From assembly GCA_964362195.1 (NCBI GenBank), contig CAYICZ010000001.1, positions 3,486 through 67,485 on the forward strand: DNA of 64,000 nt. Direction: 5' to 3'. Positions 58,717 through 64,000 of this stretch are shown one piece after another. Each line of letters opens with the position of its first letter. Position 1 is the first letter of the stretch. The notes beneath the pieces are model-generated. The model worked only from the letters and a program-made list of their open reading frames with translations, did no database searches and was not told the origin of the DNA. The position numbers were made by a program, and so were the translations under genes. The stretch comes from an uncultured Gammaproteobacteria bacterium (lineage in GTDB: Bacteria > Patescibacteriota > Microgenomatia > Daviesbacterales > UBA10151).

Positions 58717-59654
58717 TTGATTAAATTATTCAAAACTATTCTGTATTCATTTGCGATTTTCTCCCATGAAAATTTTTCTGCCTGTAATCTTGCTTTTTTC
58801 TTCCAATCTAACTTTAAGGCTTGATCTAGCGTCTGAGAATATAATGCTATGTTTTCAACATCCACTAATAATCCCCCATCACCTATAATTTCTCTTCGTG
58901 AAGCATCATCCGGAGCAACAACTCCCAAACCTGATGCCATAGCTTCCAAATATACAATTCCAAAAGCCTCCCTATCCCAGGAAGGTAAAGTGAATAAATC
59001 ACAACTCCTGTAAACCTTGGGCATTTCTTCATTTTTAAAGCTGACAATCATAAATCTCTTACCGAGTTTTTCTTCTCCTGTTTTTTTCAAATCTTCTTTC
59101 AAAGGGCCTTCTCCTACGATTAATACAGATGCAGTTCCTATTTTTGAAACAGCATCAATAACCCTCTCATGATGTTTATACCAAACTAAAGCTCCAACAG
59201 AGAGAATAATTGGTCTTTGCAGTTCTATTTTCATTTTTTCACCATTTGGCGAGAATTTATCTAAATCAATTCCGTTGGGGATTTTTACTATCTTTGATCC
59301 CCAGGCATATTTTTTTGCCCAGCGGGCAGCAGAATCAGAAAGGGCAACAAACACATCAGGTTTAATAACAATGTTCCAGATATCATCTATTCCCACTCCA
59401 CTATGTCCAGTTATTAGCAACTTGTACTTTCCGATTATTCTGCCCAGCGAAAATTTTAAACTTTGTAATCTACCGTTAATTGGAATTACTACATCATAGT
59501 GTCCTGCCAAAACATCTTTTAAAGAATATGCCCTTTCTCCTGTAAATACGTCGACACTATGATTTTTAGACAGCCTTGAGGATAATTCCTTTACAAAAAC
59601 TTCCGCTCCTCTCTCAGTTGTATTTTGATGTCTGTTTAAAAATACTATCCTCAT
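58713..59654 (-). CDS. Glycosyltransferase family 4
   Basis: EAFGIVYLEAMASGLGVVAPD is the EX7E motif. Confidence 0.75.
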   Translation of the reverse strand: MRIVFLNRHQNTTERGAEVFVKELSSRLSKNHSVDVFTGERAYSLKDVLAGHYDVVIPINGRLQSLKFSLGRIIGKYKLLITGHSGVGIDDIWNIVIKPDVFVALSDSAARWAKKYAWGSKIVKIPNGIDLDKFSPNGEKMKIELQRPIILSVGALVWYKHHERVIDAVSKIGTASVLIVGEGPLKEDLKKTGEEKLGKRFMIVSFKNEEMPKVYRSCDLFTLPSWDREAFGIVYLEAMASGLGVVAPDDASRREIIGDGGLLVDVENIALYSQTLDQALKLDWKKKARLQAEKFSWEKIANEYRIVLNNLIK

Positions 59655-59657
59655 ATT

Positions 59658-60362
59658 TTAGTCCGTGAATCTATATTTAATTAATGTCCAAATAGCAGAT
59701 ATTCCATCTTTCCAACTAATTTTTTTACCTTCTTTATATGTACGCGGTTTAGTAACAATTGGAACCTCAACTATTTTAATTCCCATTTTCAATATTTTAG
59801 CTGTAATTTCAGCTTCAAAATCAAATCTCTTAGACTGTATGTTAATCCTTTGTAGGATATCTTTTCTAAAAATCTTATAACCTGTCTCCATATCTGTTAA
59901 ATTTCCTGCAAATAGAATATTCGTAAGAAGAGTCAGAAATCTATTTGCAATAAGGTGAATCGGTAAAATAGTTTTATCTTTTCCCCAAATCTTCAGTGGA
60001 TAATTTATTAATCTTGTGCCAAATACAACCATCGTAGTTTTTTTCTCAAAAGGTTTTATTAGTTCGTTGTAGTATTTTGGATCATATTCTAAATCAGCAT
60101 CTTGAATTATAACCAAGTCACCGGATGAATTTTTTATTCCATCTCTTACGCTTGCACCTTTGCCCATATTATTGTTATGTCTTAAAATCTTTACTCGTTT
60201 TGTCCATTTTTTTAAAATACTCGGAGTTTTATCTGTTGAGGCATCATCCACTACTATTATTTCTTTTTTGTAATCCGGCAAATCAACACTTACCACATTT
60301 CGTAAAACCCGATCTATAGTATTTTGCTCATTAAATACCGGGATTATAATTGATAGTTTCAT
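59658..60362 (-). CDS. Polyprenyl-phosphate sugar synthase, DPM1/GtrB/ArnC-like GT2
   Basis: LSIIIPVFNEQNTIDRVL ... IIVVDDASTDKT ... HNNNMGKGASVRDGI ... IIQDADLEYDP. These are hallmark motifs of dolichol-P-mannose synthase-like enzymes. Confidence 0.8.
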   Translation of the reverse strand: MKLSIIIPVFNEQNTIDRVLRNVVSVDLPDYKKEIIVVDDASTDKTPSILKKWTKRVKILRHNNNMGKGASVRDGIKNSSGDLVIIQDADLEYDPKYYNELIKPFEKKTTMVVFGTRLINYPLKIWGKDKTILPIHLIANRFLTLLTNILFAGNLTDMETGYKIFRKDILQRINIQSKRFDFEAEITAKILKMGIKIVEVPIVTKPRTYKEGKKISWKDGISAIWTLIKYRFTD

Positions 60363-61048
60363 TATTTTTTTGCAATGATAAGAAAGGAGGTACCGAATGA
60401 AGGATTTATTAAATCTTCTAATCTTAAAAAAATTGGTGCAATTAAATTAAATAGTTTAATTTTGGATTGATCAACAATTTTATTTTTTAATACTCTTCCG
60501 GAGATGAACCAACCCAGCGCACCTAACAAATTTAAAGACCTGAATTTCAAAATAACAAACCCACTCATCTGCAGTTTTGTTATTATTTCCTTTTTAGAAT
60601 ACCTTCGAAAATGACCGATTGATTTATCTATTTCACCGTATAAAAAAGGATGGGCGGGAACAAGTAAAATTAATGTCCCCTCTTCTTTAAAAATTTTGTG
60701 CATATTATCAATTGCCCGACTATCTTCTTTTATATGCTCCAGGATGTTTATACAAACAACAGTGTCAAACTTTTCGTCCTTAAAAAAATATTTATCCTTT
60801 TCTATATCCCCAAATCCTATCTTTGCGTCAGTAACTTCCTTTTTTGTTTGTTTGATAAAATTTTCATCAATATCAATTGCCCAAATTTTACCAAATTTTG
60901 TAAGTGTTTTCGTAAAATTTCCTATCCCACACCCCACTTCCAGAATTTTCCCGCTTAAATAATCCTTAAACTTATCCAAAGTCCACTGGTTATACCACTC
61001 TGCCTGATTCATACTCTCTAATGTTTGTTCTCCAAAATTATTTTCCAT
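60362..61048 (-). CDS. Class I SAM-dependent methyltransferase
   Basis: ILEVGCGIGNFTKTL (motif I) and VVCINILEHI. Confidence 0.75.
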   Translation of the reverse strand: MENNFGEQTLESMNQAEWYNQWTLDKFKDYLSGKILEVGCGIGNFTKTLTKFGKIWAIDIDENFIKQTKKEVTDAKIGFGDIEKDKYFFKDEKFDTVVCINILEHIKEDSRAIDNMHKIFKEEGTLILLVPAHPFLYGEIDKSIGHFRRYSKKEIITKLQMSGFVILKFRSLNLLGALGWFISGRVLKNKIVDQSKIKLFNLIAPIFLRLEDLINPSFGTSFLIIAKK

Positions 61049-61846
61049 TTATACTTTCTGAGCTATTACAACTAGGTGTGGACCCCACATTAAAAAAGGG
61101 TATAACCCTAACTCTCCTAAAAAGCGAAATACTTTTTGATGAGTTTTAGCTATCTTTAATTCTTCCGACCAACAAGAATTGAATTCTCTAATTTTCATGT
61201 TTTTTTTCTTTAGAAAGATTAATAAGGAGCCTATATAAGGCTCTATAGTTGTGTCCCAGTCTATATTATAGTTTTTCTCATCACCAATAGGTTTTACCTG
61301 AGTCCAATCTAAAGTTTGATGAAGATTAAATAAGGAAAATAAATCCTTCAACAAACCGATAATAAATTTTATTAATCTTGATCCTTTAAAAGGAGGCGAA
61401 CATCTATTTGGAGCTCCGTAGTTAGGTGCAATAAGAACTAAATACCCATCTCTAGCTGTAAGTCTTATCGCCTCAGATAAAATTTTAGTAGGATTATTCA
61501 AATGCTCCAATACGTAAGCCGAATAAACCAAATCAAAACTATTGTCTCTAAACTGGGTTCTTTCTAAGTCTCCTTGAAAAAAAGTTAGTTTCGGAAAGTT
61601 TTTTTTAGCCAATCTAATGGCCGTTGAACTAATATCTATTCCTGTACCCTTATATTTACTGCCAGTTACTAGATTTAACCTTGAGCCTTCTCCACAACCT
61701 AAATCCAGAATATTAGTTGCTCCTTCTCTTAAATTAAACAGTGCTCTCATGCCTGGATGGTTTGTATCTAAACTACCCTTCTTAGCCATTTGATAATAAA
61801 CATCACTCCTCCATATCCCTCTTATTAATTCTTTTTTTATTTCCAT
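61049..61846 (-). CDS. Class I SAM-dependent methyltransferase
   Basis: ILDLGCGEGSRLN (motif I) and LVYSAYVLEHL. The start was moved to the internal Met to remove an 85-nt overlap. Confidence 0.7.
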   Translation of the reverse strand: MEIKKELIRGIWRSDVYYQMAKKGSLDTNHPGMRALFNLREGATNILDLGCGEGSRLNLVTGSKYKGTGIDISSTAIRLAKKNFPKLTFFQGDLERTQFRDNSFDLVYSAYVLEHLNNPTKILSEAIRLTARDGYLVLIAPNYGAPNRCSPPFKGSRLIKFIIGLLKDLFSLFNLHQTLDWTQVKPIGDEKNYNIDWDTTIEPYIGSLLIFLKKKNMKIREFNSCWSEELKIAKTHQKVFRFLGELGLYPFLMWGPHLVVIAQKV

Positions 61847-61848
61847 TA

Positions 61849-62658
61849 TTAATTTAAAACTCCTCTCCTTATCTTCTTTAAAGGGGTTAATATTTGAGAT
61901 TTTATTAAATTGATTGTGGAAATTTTTTGCCAAGGCGAGGGAACGATTTCTGGAGCTAATTCTGATAAAACTTCCGGGAATTTAAAATCTTTTCCTACCT
62001 TTTTACCTAACTCATATTTATATTTATCATTTTTTTTACTTGAGCGTTTCAGGTGAGTAGCGTGAAAATAAGGCGTATTTAGAAAAATACAATCTTTTCT
62101 TCTTTGAATAGGCAAGTTATTTTTGTCAAAATATCCCTCCATTCCATAAGGTAAGTCTACATGCAAACCGGGAATTTTTTTACTGATGGCTTTTAAACTA
62201 AAATTTCCTACTTTCCCCTGTATATTGTATCTTCCTGCGAATTTATCCTGTAGGTGGTAGATATCTCCCACAGGTACAATGAAAGGAACAAAGATGCTTC
62301 CCTGTTTAATATTTTTAATCTTTTTAATCAAACTTTTAATTGATTCTTCCCACCAAATCTCATCTCCGTCAACTATTAAAATCCAATCACAATCTGAGTA
62401 ATCCAGCATCTCCTGTCTGGCTTTGGTGAATTGATACTTGTCAACTTCCCCTATTTCCCTAAATTCTATTTTTTTACCTTTAATTTTTTGAATTTCACGA
62501 ATTATTTCAACAGTTTTATCTGTTGAGCCGGTATCATAAATTAAAACTTTATCCACAAAATCCACCACACTCATAATGGCAAACCAGATAAAGTTTTCTT
62601 CGTTATGCACAATAGTATTTGCCCAAATTTTCATTTTTTTAGTTTGAATAACAGCCAA
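61849..62658 (-). CDS. Glycosyltransferase family 2
   Basis: IWANTIVHNEENFIWFAIMSVVDFVDKVLIYDTGSTDKT ... IVDGDEIWWE. Confidence 0.7.
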   Translation of the reverse strand: MAVIQTKKMKIWANTIVHNEENFIWFAIMSVVDFVDKVLIYDTGSTDKTVEIIREIQKIKGKKIEFREIGEVDKYQFTKARQEMLDYSDCDWILIVDGDEIWWEESIKSLIKKIKNIKQGSIFVPFIVPVGDIYHLQDKFAGRYNIQGKVGNFSLKAISKKIPGLHVDLPYGMEGYFDKNNLPIQRRKDCIFLNTPYFHATHLKRSSKKNDKYKYELGKKVGKDFKFPEVLSELAPEIVPSPWQKISTINLIKSQILTPLKKIRRGVLN

Positions 62659-63899
62659 ATTAAAGGATAAACAAAATTAAAAGTCGTACCTATAAGTACT
62701 GTTATAGATGCCCCAATTATTCCGTAATTTGAAATTAAAAAATAACCCAGTATTCCGATTATTAATAAGTGTCCTATGGCTACCGGAATAAACACAGCAG
62801 GTTTTCCAAAATAAAAAATAATTGCATTATGAACGGGAACTGAAAATAGAAAAACTAGCATTGCTAAAAATATAAATATAAAGGGCATGACAGCTTCCTG
62901 ATATGAAGATCCATAAATAATGGGGATTAAATAAATCGCCAGGGGGATTGATAAAATTCCCAGTATACAAATTCCTGTTACCAACAATTGTAATTTTTTA
63001 AAATAAGTCAGCATCTGTTCTCTACTTTGAAAACCGGCAAATTTTGGCGCAGCAACTAAACCGATTGCAGAAACTAGTTGAGGCATTACTTGAGCCAATT
63101 GATTAGCAGCTCCGTAAATTCCCACCTCTCTAACACTTAACAAAGAAGCACTAAGATATGTATCCAGTCTTGAAGAAAATGCTGCAATTATAGAAAAAAT
63201 TGCAACCGGGATGTTATATGCAAAAAGTTCTTTTGAAAGACTAAATTCTTTCCTTGCAGAAAATATTTTCCTTGTTGGTAAAATTAACATAGAAATAAAA
63301 AATCCAAAAAAGGGTAAGATTATATAAATAAGTAAGCTATTTTCTAGATTAAGTTTTAAAGAATACCCTAAAAAAATTATCAGAATGAGTCTTAATAAAT
63401 TAGTGATAATGTTAATTCCACTCCAAAGAAAATATTTTTGAAAAGCCTGCAAAGCTGAGGTGGCAAATGAGAAAAGCAATGCACCCCCTACTCCGAAAGA
63501 AACCAATCTTAAAGCTAGAGTTAACTCTTTTTTATGAAAAATTTCAGTTGCTAAAAAAGGAGACAAAGTAAAAACTAATAAAAAAGTTAACAACCAAACT
63601 ATTAATTTTATCTCTAAACTTAGGTGTAAAAATCTCATAGCCTTATCTTTATTGTTAACTAAATTAGCTGAGACAAAACGGACAAGTCCCGTGTTAGTCC
63701 CGATATCTGCAATATCAGAAATCAAAGTTAAGGTAACTATGGAGATTGTAAGCAAACCAAACTCAACCGGTCCTAGAATTCTTGCAACCAAAATATAGAA
63801 TAAAGCACCAAGAAAACCATTTAGCATGGTTCCCACAATAGTTATACTGGATTGTTTAAATGTAGCTGTACTTATCATATCAAACAGAAATTTCTTCAT
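62631..63899 (-). CDS. Wzx-like oligosaccharide flippase (MOP superfamily polysaccharide biosynthesis protein)
   Basis: 422 aa, about 12 TM helices, with a Wzx-like N-terminal region (SSITIVGTMLNGFLGALFYILVARILGPVEFGL). A TATAAT lies 9 nt upstream of its ATG. Confidence 0.7.
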   Translation of the reverse strand: MKKFLFDMISTATFKQSSITIVGTMLNGFLGALFYILVARILGPVEFGLLTISIVTLTLISDIADIGTNTGLVRFVSANLVNNKDKAMRFLHLSLEIKLIVWLLTFLLVFTLSPFLATEIFHKKELTLALRLVSFGVGGALLFSFATSALQAFQKYFLWSGINIITNLLRLILIIFLGYSLKLNLENSLLIYIILPFFGFFISMLILPTRKIFSARKEFSLSKELFAYNIPVAIFSIIAAFSSRLDTYLSASLLSVREVGIYGAANQLAQVMPQLVSAIGLVAAPKFAGFQSREQMLTYFKKLQLLVTGICILGILSIPLAIYLIPIIYGSSYQEAVMPFIFIFLAMLVFLFSVPVHNAIIFYFGKPAVFIPVAIGHLLIIGILGYFLISNYGIIGASITVLIGTTFNFVYPLIWLLFKLKK

Positions 63900-64000
63900 T
63901 ACTTAATTATACAAGAAGTTATACCAGAAGAAGAAGCAGAGAAGCGAATAAAGTTAGTGCAGAAATTACAAGTCCAGGCAGAATATATTTTTGCGGCTCA

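Noticed and set aside
1-64000. Possible alternative genetic code (UGA recoding, as in some CPR lineages).
   Set aside because: Long conserved genes (ileS, ftsZ, murA) are uninterrupted under the standard code, and TGA functions as a stop (for example 11646-11648, the gatA stop in ATGA). There is no evidence for recoding.
1-64000. CRISPR arrays, retron/RT, integrase or phage genes.
   Set aside because: No regularly spaced direct repeats, no reverse transcriptase, integrase or phage structural motifs were recognised in any frame. The only mobile element is the IS200-like insertion.
63900-64000. Possible additional gene fragment at the extreme 3' end of the window.
   Set aside because: Only about 100 nt are available. 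It contains a good TATAAT just upstream of the flippase ATG, so it is more likely promoter or spacer. A CDS call is not supportable.

Overview
This is a low-GC (~33%) bacterial window, gene-dense and about 90% encoded on the minus strand. The gene content is consistent with a CPR/Patescibacteria-like organism; that taxonomy is inference. The standard genetic code is used: TGA acts as a stop codon, for example at 11646-11648.

Content in coordinate order:
- 1-9300: a 5' partial dnaE (PHP domain) at the window edge, gatCAB, and an operon-like run NYN / HtpX / SET-domain / LemA / PolX ending at tRNA-Asp.
- 9396-18700: LysM and TMTC-like (GT-C plus TPR) genes, a tRNA-Thr/tRNA-Gly pair, and a first envelope-glycosylation block (PIG-V-like GT-C, Wzy_C ligase-like, GT2, methyltransferase, Wzx flippase, beta-lactamase-like hydrolase) ending at tRNA-Val.
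- 18774-19491: a PIN/AbrB type II toxin-antitoxin cassette flanked by 21-22 bp direct repeats.
- 19579-28033: lepB, parB, rplU-rpmA, a second FtsW/RodA-family (SEDS) protein, ileS, ftsZ and ftsA.
- 28037-40251: a compact, atypical division and cell-wall (dcw) cluster: mraZ-rsmH-ftsL-ftsI-murE-murB(truncated)-murA-murF-mraY-ftsW-[IS200-like Y1 transposase on the opposite strand]-murG-ftsQ, with no murC, murD or ddl.
- 40339-43183: a secreted hypothetical protein, glyQS and recO.
- 43183-63899: a large (~21 kb) envelope glycoconjugate locus with DUF4012, a small phosphoglycosyl transferase, six GT4, three GT2 (one DPM1/GtrB-like polyprenyl-phosphate sugar synthase), two or three GT39-like GT-C enzymes, a Wzy_C polymerase/ligase-like protein, an acetyltransferase, two methyltransferases and a flippase.

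The most noteworthy observations are:
- a predicted polyprenyl-phosphate-sugar-dependent extracytoplasmic glycosylation system assembled from many GT-C enzymes plus a DPM1-like synthase;
- an IS200-like element inserted between ftsW and murG with a ~20-bp duplication of the ftsW 3' end;
- the TA cassette bracketed by direct repeats next to tRNA-Val;
- a one-base homopolymer frameshift splitting an NYN-domain gene;
- a bacterial SET-domain gene inserted into a LemA-HtpX neighbourhood;
- a heptanucleotide x4 tandem repeat inside a GT39-like gene.

All coordinates are accurate to about +/-2 nt and follow the ORF track, with the stop codon included.
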